Assembly: GCF_030028105.1 (NCBI RefSeq)
Contig: NC_092379.1
Coordinates: 25,537,821 to 25,601,820 of the forward strand
DNA length: 64,000 nucleotides
From: Mobula birostris
Lineage: Eukaryota
Direction: 5' to 3'
The translations under genes and the position numbers were made by a program. Below the pieces are notes generated by a model. That model saw nothing but the letters and a program-made list of their open reading frames with translations, was not told the origin of the DNA and ran no database searches. This document shows, piece after piece, positions 1 through 12,135 of this stretch (positions within the stretch are counted from its first letter, which is position 1; each line of letters opens with the position of its first letter).

Positions 1-2158
1 TTAAATCAGAGGAAAAGGAGGGGCACGACTGAGAGATGGATTAATGGGGGGATGGTGATGACGCCATCCCCCAATTTATTGTAACCTGACTGCTCTGAAG
101 ACAAATCAGCTGCCGGTGATGAGTTCCAGGGAAATGGTTGTTGCTCAGCGAGATTATCCGGGCAGTCGTACCATTTTGGCGGCTGTTGAACTGGGAGACA
201 AGGCTCAGGCGCAGAGGGCGAATTACGCGTCGGTACCTGCATTAATAGGAAAATGGCCTCGGTTGGAGCTGAAGAATCAGATCTTATACCGGGACACGTC
301 ACCCCCAGACCGATCCCGGCGTTGCCAGCTTGTTCTGCTACGAGACGTACTGGAAAACGGTGTTGAAATCACTTCATGATGATTCTGAACATTTCGGGGT
401 GGAAAACGACCTATGGATTGCTGAAAGACTGGTTTTACTGGCCCCCAAGAAAGTCGGAAGACCAACAATACTGCAGGTCATGCATACGATGCAAACGGCA
501 AAAGACACTGCCTACGCGGGCAGCTCCCTTGTCCCACCTGCAGAGTGCTGGGCCTCTGTACCTGATGTGTAAGGATTTGCTGTCAATAGAATCCGACGTC
601 AGCAACACGGTGATATAGTTTAGTCACCACGGGCCACTACACCAGATATCTCAGGAATTTTCTAACAAGAACCGGTGGGCGTCAACGGTGGCGAAGGCGT
701 TCTGAGAGAAGTATTTCATTCATTATGACCTCGCCAGGCGAATACAGCGTGAGAGGCGACGGAATTTGGAGAGTAGACTCTTCCGTGAGTCACTGGGCAT
801 GCTTGGATTCCAGAAGACGAGGGCATCGCTGTATCATTCACAGGGTGATCTCCAGCTAGAGCGGTTTCAAGGGACTTTGCTAGACTTGCTCGCGACACTG
901 GAGATCAGCAAGATGCGCAGTTGGAGGCAACATATTGGCATCTGGCTCAGAGTTATAAGTGTACACGAAATAAAGCTACTGGGTCAGTCAGTCAGTCAGT
1001 GGATGCCGTCCCGAACCCGGGGTTGGTGGCTAAGCATCTCAATCTTCTTCGATATTGCGATTGCTGCTGGGTACTCGGCATATTTTCTGATGTTTAGGAG
1101 CGAGGAAAGTTTGCGCATTGACCTTTGTTTTGGGACTGACTAGGGGGACTTACCACTGAAGACTATCTGAAGTATGTGTCTGACATAAGAAGAGAGTCGA
1201 AATGGGCTTATGAATTAGTTGGTGTCGCAGCTACCCAGCAGAATGAAGGGACTAAGGGAAGGTATGTTCAAAAGGTAAGGTCACGCATCTCTTGCCGAGA
1301 CCCAGAGTTCTCATAAGGAATTTGGTGCTACCTGGAAAGCTAAAGGTGGCTGTCCGCTGGGCGGCTACGCTCTATGCGCCCTATGCGCTGGAGAGTCAGA
1401 TGCTAAACTAGTTTTCCGGGTGAAACCACAGGATGGGAATGGTCCTGTCAAAATTATCTATTGGAACATCCTGTTGCCTCTGAATTGACCCAGAGCCAGA
1501 CATGGAGCCTACACCTAGTAAGAGGTCCATTCGGAAACGCGGGGTGTCTAGCGGGCCCAAATAAGCGAGGTAAGGGCGGCCCCCACACCTGAGAGGGATA
1601 CTGATTCGGAGGATGAGGACCTGGATGTGTGCTATATGCTGCAGTTCGCTAACACCCAGTGACTAAGAAAGAGACTACCGACCCTTCTCCGATTGAGACT
1701 GGTGAAATTGTGGGGGAGGGGCTATCCGTGACAGCCTAAGTTACAGCGGGACTCTGCAGGTGAGGAAGCGGGTTTTGATCACAGAACAGTGGGCTCCGAT
1801 TTGCGGGTGGGCACGACTGATAGACCGGGGGAGGCCTCAGCAGGTGAACTGGAAATATCCACAGTAGTTTCGGAACCTGAAGAGTTAGACGTTGTGTTGC
1901 GGAGTTCTCAGAGAATTAGGAGAATTAAGTAGGCTGGCCTATGTTGCACCAGGTTAACAGAGTGTGACCGCGTACTGTATTGAGTAGCTATCTCATTGGC
2001 TTTTACACCAGGATTGGGCTTTGTGTTTTGCAGGAAGGGTTGGCGAATTATCTCAAAGTCACGAGGACGTGACTTATTCCAGTGGGGGATGAGCGTAACA
2101 TGCTGTAGGGTTTCACTGCTTTGTAACATGCTGTACGTTTTCAATGAAAATGTAATTC
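1..2158 (+). mobile_element. Decayed Ty3/Gypsy LTR retrotransposon: integrase region, 3' internal region, PPT and start of 3' LTR
   Basis: Frameshifted ORF pieces carry integrase-type motifs (SLHDDSEHFG, FYWP, SCIRCKRQKT, PLSHLQSAGPL). A purine run GGGGGATGAG precedes an LTR-like start near 2094 (TGTAACA in the paralogous copy at ~42399). Confidence 0.85.
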
Positions 2159-3180
2159 TGTTACAATGAGCCACTGAAAGCGGACACAAGTGCAGGACAC
2201 AGACATGGAGGTAACATTCACAGAGGTATGCGTATTAATATTTGCAAAAAAGGCCGTAGAGCAAGTGTTAGCTGCTTACGTGGGCGGTAACCATGGACAG
2301 GAAACCGGAGGAGCCTGGACCTGGAGCTTCGTACTGGAGTCTGGACTAGGACACGGAGTCTGAACTTCGACTTGGACAAGGAACCTGGACTTCGACTCCG
2401 ACACGCACCCTGGACTTGGACTCCGACATGGAGCCTAGATTTAGAATCGGATACCGAGCCTGAACCTGGACTCGGACACCGAACCTGGACTTGAACTCGG
2501 ACGCTGAATCTGGATTTGGACTCCGACGCGAATCCTGGACTTAGCGTCGGACGCGGAACCTGAACTTGGACTGGGACTCGGACTCAGAGTCTGAACTTGG
2601 ACTCGGGACGACAAAACCAAACAAAGACAGAGAAATCGTATCTTGGTTCGGAACAGCGGCAAACGTCCTGCAGAACGCAGCTGGACGCGAGACGACAAAA
2701 CCAAACAAGGGCAGACGATATGTATCTTGATTCGGAGTTGCGCAAACGGCCTGCAATTCTTAGCTGGACATGAGACGACGAAACCCAATAACGACAGACA
2801 ATTCGTATCTTGACCTGTAGTTGCGGCAAACGGCCTGCAGTCTTCAGTTCGACACGAGACGATAAACTAAACAGCGACAGAGAATACGTATCTTGACTCG
2901 GAGTAGCGGCAAACGGCCGGATAACTCAACTGGACAGGAAAACGATAAAATTAACAAAGCAACCCCAAGAACCGAAGCAACTTAGAGTCAACTATTCTCG
3001 GCGTCCAGGAACGTGCGTTGCCGCACTACTCAGGAGACGGACCAGCTCTGAGCAGAAGTAAGCGGGAGTTTTAATTCTGCTGTTTCGGATGAAGATCAGG
3101 GGACCCAATCAAGGAGCCCCGTAGAACACGGGGAAAAGGAAATTGACTGAAATGATGAGTGAATGGACCGGACCGTGATA
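2159..3180 (-). mobile_element. Tf1/sushi-type LTR (3' LTR of a miniature element), inserted into the Gypsy LTR
   Basis: Ends read TATCACGG...TGTAACA on the minus strand. Internal GGACTCGGAC/GGACTTGGAC tandem arrays and ~60-bp repeats are present. A PPT (GGGGGGTGGG, 3185-3194) lies just before it. Paralogous copy at 42465-43300. Confidence 0.75.
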
Positions 3181-3400
3181 GCAACCCACCCCCCGGTGGG
3201 AGGGTCTAGGGGACTCAGCAGCCTTGCCCGGATTATCGACGACCAGGGCGGTTGAGGGAGTGTTTACAGGAGGGGACTCTGGTTAGCGAGAGTTTGTAAG
3301 ACATTGTCTATGCCGCTGGGTCCGAGGTTGACTGGTCCGTTCTGTTACAATGAGAGATTCGAAGCGGGCTCAAGTGCAGGCTACAGACAAGGAGGTAGGA
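3181..3400 (-). mobile_element. 162-bp internal domain plus truncated 5' LTR end of a non-autonomous LTR element
   Basis: 3343-3400 repeats the LTR end at 2159-2215. On the minus strand it is followed by GAACGGACCAG and a gag-start-like GACCCAGCGG (similar to 60970-60998), then the PPT. Confidence 0.65.
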
Positions 3401-3470
3401 TTAACAGCAGCATACCAAACCTCTTTGTATCTAGTCAAAACCCAAACATTGCTGCTACAAAGAAACCATT

Positions 3471-3912
3471 TGACACGGCGGGGGTCCGTTGACTCCTCAT
3501 TTCAGTTAATTTTCTTATCCTCGTGTTCTACGGGGCTCCTTGATTAGGGCACAGATTTTCATCCTTACCAGCAGCATAAAGACTCCGACTTACATCTACT
3601 CAGGGCTGGTCCGTCTCCTGAGCAGTGCAGCAATGCAGGTACCGGGCTGTTAAGAATAGTGGACTCCAAGTTGCTTTGGTTCCCGAAGTTGCTTTGTTAA
3701 TTCTGTCGTTTTCGTGTCCAGCTCAGTTAGCTGACCGTTTGCCGCTCCTCCGAGTCAAGATACAAACTCTGTTGTTTTCGTGGGCAGATGAGAATTGCTG
3801 GTCGCTTGCCGCTACTCTGAGTGAAGATAAGAATTATCTGTCGTTCTTTGGTTTGTCCTGTCCATGCTCCGTGTCCGAGTCCAAGTCCAGATGCCGTGTC
3901 CATGTCCAAGTT
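3471..3912 (+). mobile_element. Partial copy of the same LTR family in inverted orientation
   Basis: Starts TGACACGG. Reverse-complement match to ~2850-3180, e.g. GTGTTCTACGGGGCTCCTTGATT is shared. Confidence 0.75.
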
Positions 3913-3959
3913 TAGCCATCGTTTCCCAATCAACAACGTAAAAACCTGGGCCTCCATAA

Positions 3960-4200
3960 CTCCCTCTGTAAATAGGCCATTGAGGTATTAAGGTGGGGTT
4001 ACAGTATGTGCTGTTTGGAAACAATATTTCCTTCTCGTTGTAAAGCAAATTTGGCGCAGCTAGACTGTGTGTTTAGCCCACTGTTCCACTCTCATAACAC
4101 CAGGACTCTGTGGCCAGCAACAGCCCAAAGGTATTTATATGTTTGCCAACGACAGAACTATATTTTCAAGATGCTCCCTTAGTGATATAGATCGAGCCAC
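3960..4200 (+). mobile_element. L2/Rex1-like LINE reverse transcriptase fragment
   Basis: Decayed CVLSPLL and MFAND(R)T (FADD-like) RT motifs. Similar to 25800-26030. Confidence 0.6.
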
Positions 4201-4224
4201 AACTGCTCAAGCGCGTGAACGCCA

Positions 4225-7170
4225 GCTAGTTAGAACAGGGAGAAAAGTTTGAATGGATTTAGCCTTATAGAGCGGGTGTCCGAGGAGCGGGAGACGGAGT
4301 AGAGGTAGACAGACTAGTAGGGCTTTTGCTTAAGGGAGTTTAGACGATAGTATGTCGGGAAGGGGTCAGTTACTTCTGAAGAAGAGAAACAGGAAGTATG
4401 TGCGTAAGGCCTGTGTTCTATACTGGGTGTCAGATGTGGAAAGTCCCGGAGATTCCAGACTGCCAGACGACCACAACTACGACAGGTGCGTCGAACTGCA
4501 GCTGTTTAGGGACCGAGTTAGCAAACTGGAGATGCAACCCTCTGAAATACATCTTCTGAGGAAGGGTGAGGAGATGATAGAAAGGAGCGAGAGACAAGTT
4601 TTCAAATCGGGGCCTCGGGAGACAGGCAAGCCTGTACTAAAACGACATGTACTTGAAACCGAGGAGACCAATATCCTGCTAGGGCGGTTTGCAAAGGTTA
4701 TTGGGGACAGCTTAAACTAGAATTATTGGGTGTGGGAAACAAACTGAAGAGACGGAGGAAGGAACGGTTTGTGGACCGTGCGAGAAGGAGGATAAGCAGA
4801 TGACAAAGAAGCGTTGCGCTCAGGCGGTTGTTTTGAGATGTGTCGATTTTAATGCAATGAGTATAAAGAACAATAATGTTGAGCTTATAGCGTGGATAAG
4901 TATTGAAGCTATGATGTTGTGGCCATTACAGAGACGTGCATGGCTCAGGGGTAGGAATGGTTACTAGAGTACCAAGCTTTAGAAGTTTTAGAAAAGACAG
5001 GGTGGGAGGCAAAAGAGGTAGGGGCCTTGCACAGCTGATCAGAGATATCGTCACGTCTGCAAAAAAAAAAAAAAAAGAGGAAGTCTTGGAGGGATTGTCT
5101 ACTCCGTGTCTGTGGATGGAAGTCAGGAAGTGGAAGGAGTCAATAAATCTACTTGGTGATTTATGTATGTATATAATTAATTATTTGTTGCAATACCAAC
5201 AAATTGCATTCAATACAACCAGTTGCCAATTACATTTTGACTGCTCATCACCATCCCCCGCTACCCCTCTCTCCACCATCCCTCTCCCCTCCATCTAACA
5301 ACTGAATAGTAGTACATACACAGACATAGCATTCCTATTTTAACAAAAGATCTTTTAAGTTAGATATCAAATTTGTCCACATTATGATTGTGTTTGGTCG
5401 TGCTCATTTACTCTTGCTGATGAAAGTTCCAGGTAAGAAATGTCCAAAAAGCTCCGAAGCCAGTGAGTATTTGAAATATCATGGGGAGGTTTCCAACGCT
5501 GTACTACAATCTTCTTAGCTGCAGTTAGGCCAGACAGCCAAAGTTTGCGTGTTTTTTATAGTCCATCCAATAATAATAGGGACATCGTGGAGAGACAGGG
5601 AGGCAGATTTTGGAACGGTGTAATAATAACATGGTTGCGTGTTCTGAGATTTAAATTTTCAAATATTGATTGTCATCTCCGTAGCACAAAAGTTTAGATG
5701 CTGTGGAGTTTGTTGGCTGTGCTCAGAAATGTTTATTGAAACGATGTTTATATAAGTTTGAAAGAATAGAGGCTGCACATGATATAGTTTGAGAAACGAA
5801 CCTGGTCAGTTATGAAACCTCTGAGGGGGAGACCATTTTTGAGAAAGTGATCACTATTCCATCTCCTTTGTTGAGGGATAGTGACAGAGAAGTTAAGAAA
5901 ACGTTTAATTGGAGTAAGAAGGAATATGATGTCATCCGGCAGGAACTTGAAAATATAAATTGGGAACTGATGTTCGGAGGAAAATGTGCAGCTGAAATGT
6001 GGCAAATGTCCAGGGGATATCTGCGTGTCGTTCTGCATATGTACCTTCCAATGAGACAGGAAAGGAAAGTCGGGTACAGGAACCGTCGAGTACAACGGAT
6101 GTTTCAAATATAGTCAAGAAGAAAAGAAGAGCTCAGGAAATGTTCAAAAAACTAAATAATGATAGAGATCGAGAGGGTTATAAAGCTGGCAGGAAGGAGG
6201 TTAAAAATTAAATTAGGAGAGCAGAAGGAGCCATGAGAAACCCTTGGCGGAAGGATGAAGGAAAATCCCAAGGTGTTCTACAAGTATGTGGTGAGCAACA
6301 GGATAAGACCTCAGAGAATAGGGACAATCGAGTGTGACAGTAGAAAAGTGTGTATGGAAACGAAGGAGATAGCAGAGATACTTAATGTGTATTTTGCTTC
6401 AGTATTCACTACCGAAAATGATCGTGACGATTTCAGATATGACTTAGAGAGGATAGAAATGGTTGAGTATATAGATATTAATAAATAGATGTACTGGAGC
6501 TTTTCGGAAGCATCAAGTTGGATAGGTCAGCGGAAGTGGACGTGATGCAGCCAAGACTACTGTGGGAAGCAAGGCAGGAGATTGCTGAGCCTCTAGCGAT
6601 GATCTTTGTATCATCAATGGGGACGGGAGATAATTTGCAGGATTGCAGGGTTGCAGATGTTGTGCTCTTTTCTGAGGACGGTAGTAGAGATATACAAGGA
6701 AATTATGGACCAGTGAGTCTTACTTCATTGGTAGTTAAGTTGACAGAAAAAAATCCCGAGAGGCGCGATTGTTGAACATTTCGAGAGACAAAATATGATT
6801 AGGAATAGTCGGCCTGGTTCCGTCAAAGGCAGATCGTGGTTCCCGACTGTTCTTTTTTTTTTTTTTTTTTTTTTTGAGGATGTGACGAAACACATTAATG
6901 AATGTACAGAGGTTTATGCAGTGATTATGGATTTTAACAAGGCTTTTGATAATGTGCCCCATGGAAGACGTACTGAGAATATAAGGAGGCATGGCAATCA
7001 AGCGGTCATTGGTTTGCGGATCTGGAATGGTCTTGTCCATAGAGGGCACAGAGTGGTTGGAGATGGGTCATAATCAGCATGGTGGATAGTGCACAGGGGT
7101 GTCAGAGATTACAGTGGGGTATCGACAGGAAGCAAACCTGGACTGCGAAGTGCCAGATGGGGTTGAATCT

Positions 7171-7217
<47 letters not shown>

Positions 7218-7650
7218 ATACCTTAAGAGAATAGATTGAGTGAACTCGGTCTTTTCTACTTGAACAACGGAGGATAAAAGGTGACCTGATAGACATGTAT
7301 AAAATGATAAGAGGCATTGATGGTGCGGATAGCCAGAGGCTTTCTTCCCAGGGCTTAACTGGCTAACATGAGAGGGCACAGTTTTAAGGTGCTTGGAAGA
7401 AAGTACAGCAGAGATGTCAGTGGTAAGTTTTTTTTTGACGCAGGAAATTGTGAGTGCGTGGAATGGGCTCCCGGCGAAGGTAGGGTAGGCGGATACAGTA
7501 TGGCCTTTTAAGAGACTCCTAGAGATGTAAATGGAGCTGAGAAGAATAGAGGGCTATGATTAACTGTGGGTAATTTCTCAAGTGAGTGCATGTTTGACAT
7601 AGCATTGTGGACTGAAGGGCCTGTATTGTGCTGTTGGGTTTCTGTGTTTT
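4225..7650 (+). mobile_element. Decayed CR1 LINE (ORF1 start, endonuclease and RT pieces, 3' tail)
   Basis: ORF1 piece CVELQLFRDRVSKLEMQ. ORF2 pieces KENPKVFYKYV, YGPVSLTSLVVK and MDFNKAFDNVPHG. CR1-type 3' end. Confidence 0.9.
7173..7209. repeat. (CA)n microsatellite
   Basis: About 18 CA units followed by (TA)n. Confidence 0.95.
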
Positions 7651-7689
7651 ATTTTCTGCGTTTTCTAGGACCAGTTGGGTAGTAATAGA

Positions 7690-10390
7690 AGATCAGAAGA
7701 CCCTGATATATAAGCTATAAACCATTTTATCATGGTAGATCGAAATTTCCGATCAGCTCCAAACTCGTGCACTCTCCTAGTATCCTTTGCAGCCATGACC
7801 AATCAACTATCAAGCACTTGACTATCCATGACTATCAAGCACTTCCGTAATTATTTATATCGCCGTGACCTCCACTGCTGCCTGCGGCAATTAATTCCAC
7901 AGATGCACCACCCTCTGGCTAAATAAAATCATCGTCCCTTCTATTCAAATAGGATTATTCTCAGCATGTCCTCTGGACTTCCCACCAAAGGCAATGCCCT
8001 CTCTACATGCACTCTATCTTTTGATAGTTTTGAATGACGTCAATCCACATTCTTCTGAACTGTAGTGAATGCAGCCTTACCGCCATCGGACGCGCGTGAC
8101 ATCACAAGTCACTCAGTTCCATACGTCATTTTCGTGAACCTCCTTTGAATCCTCTCCACTTTCATCACAGCCTTTGTAAGGTAACGTACCCAAACCTTCC
8201 CACAATATTCTCAGTGTCGACCACCCACCGCAGTGCTTTAAATGTTCATCATTAGTTCATTGTTCCTACACTCTTGTCCTCTTGAAATTAAGTCTAAATT
8301 TGCCCTTGCCTGTATAAACACAGGCTCACTCTGCAACCAAACTTCTGGGTAACTTGCTCAAGGCCTCCCGAGACCCGTTGTGTCTCAGCACTTTTTCTAC
8401 TTCTATCCACTTATCACGTAATCAAACCTTTCATTTCTTGTACTAATTGAGTGATGATCCACTTCCGGAAGCTCTATTCCATGTACCATCACTATCCTCT
8501 TTCTACGAATTTGTCTTACTTCTTCTTTAGCCTGTTTGAATCCTCTCGACTACCTACACCTCCAGTTACCTTCATATCGTTTGCATACTTTGGGAAAAAA
8601 TAAACATCAACTGTATCATCCGAATCATTGACAAGTAAAGTAAAATTAATCGTTCCCAGTTCAGAATCTTGTGGATATCACTAGTCACCGAGAGCCAGTC
8701 AGAAAATGCTCCCTTTATTCCCACATTTACTCTCCTGCCAATCAGCCACTGCTTTGTACGTGCCTAAATCTTTCTTCTTACACCAATAAATTATAGTTTG
8801 TTTATTACCCTTATGTGTGGCCTTGTCAAAGGCTTTGTGAAAATCCATGCACGCAACATCAACTGATTCCCATTTTACTATCCTGATTTTTACTGCTTTA
8901 AGTATTTGCAACGCATTTTTTTCAGGCAAGATTTTCACTTGATGAAACCAAGTGTCTCCAAGTATCCTGAGATCTGATCTTTTATAATCGAATCTAATAT
9001 CTTCACAATCTCTGAGGTCAGACAAAATGGTTCATAGTTCCCTATCTTCAACCTCTCTTCCTTCTTGGAGTGGCATTTACATATTTCCGGTTTTATGGAG
9101 CTATTCTACAATCTATTAGTTCGGAAATATCATTCCGAATGCATCCACGATCTCTTCAGCCACCTCTGTCTGCAACCTGGATTGTATACCATCTTTTCCG
9201 TGTGACCTGTCTACCTTCAGATCTTTCACATTTCCAAGAATATTTTACTCTAGTTATGATAACTTCACAGACTACACCCCACTGACACGTAGAACTTCCA
9301 CCATACTGCTATTGCCTTTTTCAGTGATGACAGATGCAAAATACTTCTTCAGTTCGTCCTCTGTTTCTTTCTTCCATTTACTACCACTGCAGGGTCATTT
9401 TTTTTTTCCTGCTGCCCAATCCACACTGTCGCCTCCCTGTTAGAATTTATGTTTGTGAGGAATCTTTTCGTATCGGCATTAATATCACTTCATATCACAT
9501 TCCAGCTTTACACTCTCAATGCCTTTTTTTGGCTGCCTACTGTTGTGTTCTTTTTTTCAAGTTTCACAATCCTATAACATCGCATTAATATTTATTCTAC
9601 TCTATGCGTATGCTATATTCATATTGACTTCTCTTGCAAAACTTGGCTGTGGCGTCTTTCCTTTGGAATACTTCTTCTTTAGCATGTAGATAATGCTGTA
9701 CCTTTCGAGCTTTTTCCCCCCACAAATTCCACATATTGCGGTTCTGCCGTCAACCTTGTCAGTACTTTTTCTAGTAAATTCTGGAAAAAAGTCTCTGTCA
9801 TGCCTTTGTACTTTCGTTTACTCCAGCGTAATACTGACACACATGTGTTTAGCTTCCACTTCACGGATTTTAGATTGAATGCGATGAGTGTTTGATCACT
9901 TCCTCCGAAGGTTTCATTTGTTTCCTTTTGTTTGAATTATTTTTACCTTAAGCTCTTTAACCAATTCTGGCTCTTTGCAAAACAACCAATCGAAAATACC
10001 TGAACCTCTGGTGGTCTCAACCACGAGCTACTTGAAAAAAAAATATGCCTCGTAGGCATTTTCGAATTCCCCTCTTCTTTAAACCAACACCAACCAAGTT
10101 TTCACAACCTATCTGCATGTTGTCCCCATGTCAATTGTGAACTTTTCCATTTGTAATAAATTTGCTGTTTCATGCATTTACCAGGCATCCTCCTTACGCC
10201 TGTTTGGGGATCTGTGTATATCTTTCATCCTGGTCATTTAACACTTGGAGTTCCGTTACACTATTGACAATGCTCAACAAATTTAGCCATATCTTACCCT
10301 TTTCTAAGTTCATCCTTTTCATTCCAAAATTTGCATGCGATATTATCAACATCTGTCTCCACAATCTCTCCACTAATTGTTCTGTCACTT
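7690..10390 (-). mobile_element. Old, heavily decayed CR1 LINE
   Basis: Minus-strand piece WESVDVACMDFHKAFDKATHKG (RT domain). Paralogue at ~46200-48950. Confidence 0.75.
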
Positions 10391-10399
10391 GGATCCCAT

Positions 10400-10950
10400 C
10401 CCTATAAAACTCCGGTTAAAACCTTAACTTCTCATTGGGTTGTCTCGCAACGACAACCTTGCATTCAACATCATTAAGACCAATGGATTGATTAAGCACT
10501 TCAGAAATGATGTGGACGTAACACACCTGTCCCATTCAAGTGTTTAACTTTTGAAATGGTGAGCAGTTCCAAGTCTCCGAGTGTCAAAATCTCTAAAGAT
10601 ATATCTGCAGACTAACAGATTGATGCAATTACATGAATTGTGCGACAGCGGCTATATGTAGTTAAAAGCTTAGAGAAGAATTGAAGTGCTACCAAGGAGA
10701 CTCGGCAATTTCAACAGAGGCATGTGAAGAAAGTTCTAACAGGTTGCATGGCTGTCTCGACTCCGGAGGCCATTGCGCAGCTTATGGAAAGCTGCACAAA
10801 TACTTTAACACAGCCAGTTCCATCATGTGCTTTAACATCCAGGGAATCGGGGAAAGGTAACCTTCTAAAAGTTATACTTCAAAAAGAAGGCATAGATCAT
10901 TATAGACCCTCGTCTCCCAGGACATGCACTCTTCTGAATGCTAACATTAC
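10400..10950 (+). mobile_element. L2/Rex1-like RT C-terminal fragment
   Basis: RQRLYVVK and KVLTGCM resemble the QRLYFLR and ESILT.CI motifs. Paralogue at ~48960-49500. Confidence 0.6.
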
Positions 10951-12096
10951 GGAAGATGAACAGGAAGTTAAATTCACGAACTCAACGTTTCAAGGGCATC
11001 TTCTTTCCCTCGGTAATCTAATTTACAAATGGACAAGGAAACCGTAAATGCTATTTCACAATATGTTCTTTATTTTGCATTAGGTTATTTAAGACACTTT
11101 TTAAATATACTTGCAAATTGTATTTTTCTGATTTTTTTAAAATCTATTTTAAAGTACTGTTGGCACATAAACCAACAAAAAATATCACGATATATATCAG
11201 TAATATTAAACTTCTTGCTCAGTGTAATTTGTACAAAAAGTTCTCTCAGTGAAGTATGATGAGCTCCTGTAATGCTTGACTTTTACATTTTGTTATCGCT
11301 AGACCACTCTACCTGTGCTTTGCACCATTGAAGATAATAAAGGTATAATTTGGCAATTGAATGATAGCTGAACAGTCGTCGTAGTGGATGATTTTCGTGA
11401 TTTCTGATTGGTGCGGTCTTCTCAGGAGAAGTAATGTCGTTTACGATAGGAACCGGTAACAAGTGAACTAGTGGGGATCAATTGTTTTCTTGAGAACAGC
11501 AAACTCGGTCAGTAATTTAACTTTCTGCGTAATCATAGGGCAGGTGAACTCCACAACCCACACTTCCAATCCCATCTTATTGATTACAACACATAACCTC
11601 GAACAGGTTTGTAGAGGCATTGCACCAGAGATTTAAATACTATTCAAAATAAGTGCATGTAATATTGGATCATTTTCTCAATAAATAAATGAACAAGTAT
11701 GATGTGTTTTGTGTTTAGGACTTACATAAAGATCTACTCACATTTATGTCTAATGACGCAGAAATGGCGAAATTCTGCAGAGTTCACAAGCTCTCTGGCA
11801 CCACTCTATCAATAATTATATCAGACCTTCTGAATCAGGCTCATTCTTTGTTTATAAATAAACCAGACCTTAATTAGTTATCAGGAGCGGCTGAAGGAAA
11901 TTCCTACGATAGTAGACCTAAACTTGTTTCAGATTCCTTTGGGACGTGTTGCAGTAGACCAGTACGCTTAACATCCTAAAGTTCTATATATACAGTTAAC
12001 AGAGGAAAGTTTGCCACTGCAATTCCGCATTAGTGGCTGCAAGCTTGTGGCAAAGAGACCGAAACAGGCAGCAGCTGTGCCTCAGATACCATCTGC

Positions 12097-12135
12097 AGTT
12101 ATTGTACGAGGATAGGATCTGTTTCCACCACTGTG
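12097..12135 (-). other. Recombination signal sequence (23-bp spacer) of V1
   Basis: CACAGTG + GTGGAAACAGATCCTATCCTCGT (23 nt) + ACAATAACT, directly after the last V codon. Confidence 0.95.

Noticed and set aside
2300-2960. Ser/Pro- and Arg/Val-rich ORFs (also 27683-28274 and 42653-43362)
   Set aside because: They are translations of short tandem arrays inside LTRs, open in several frames on both strands, with no splice or domain support.
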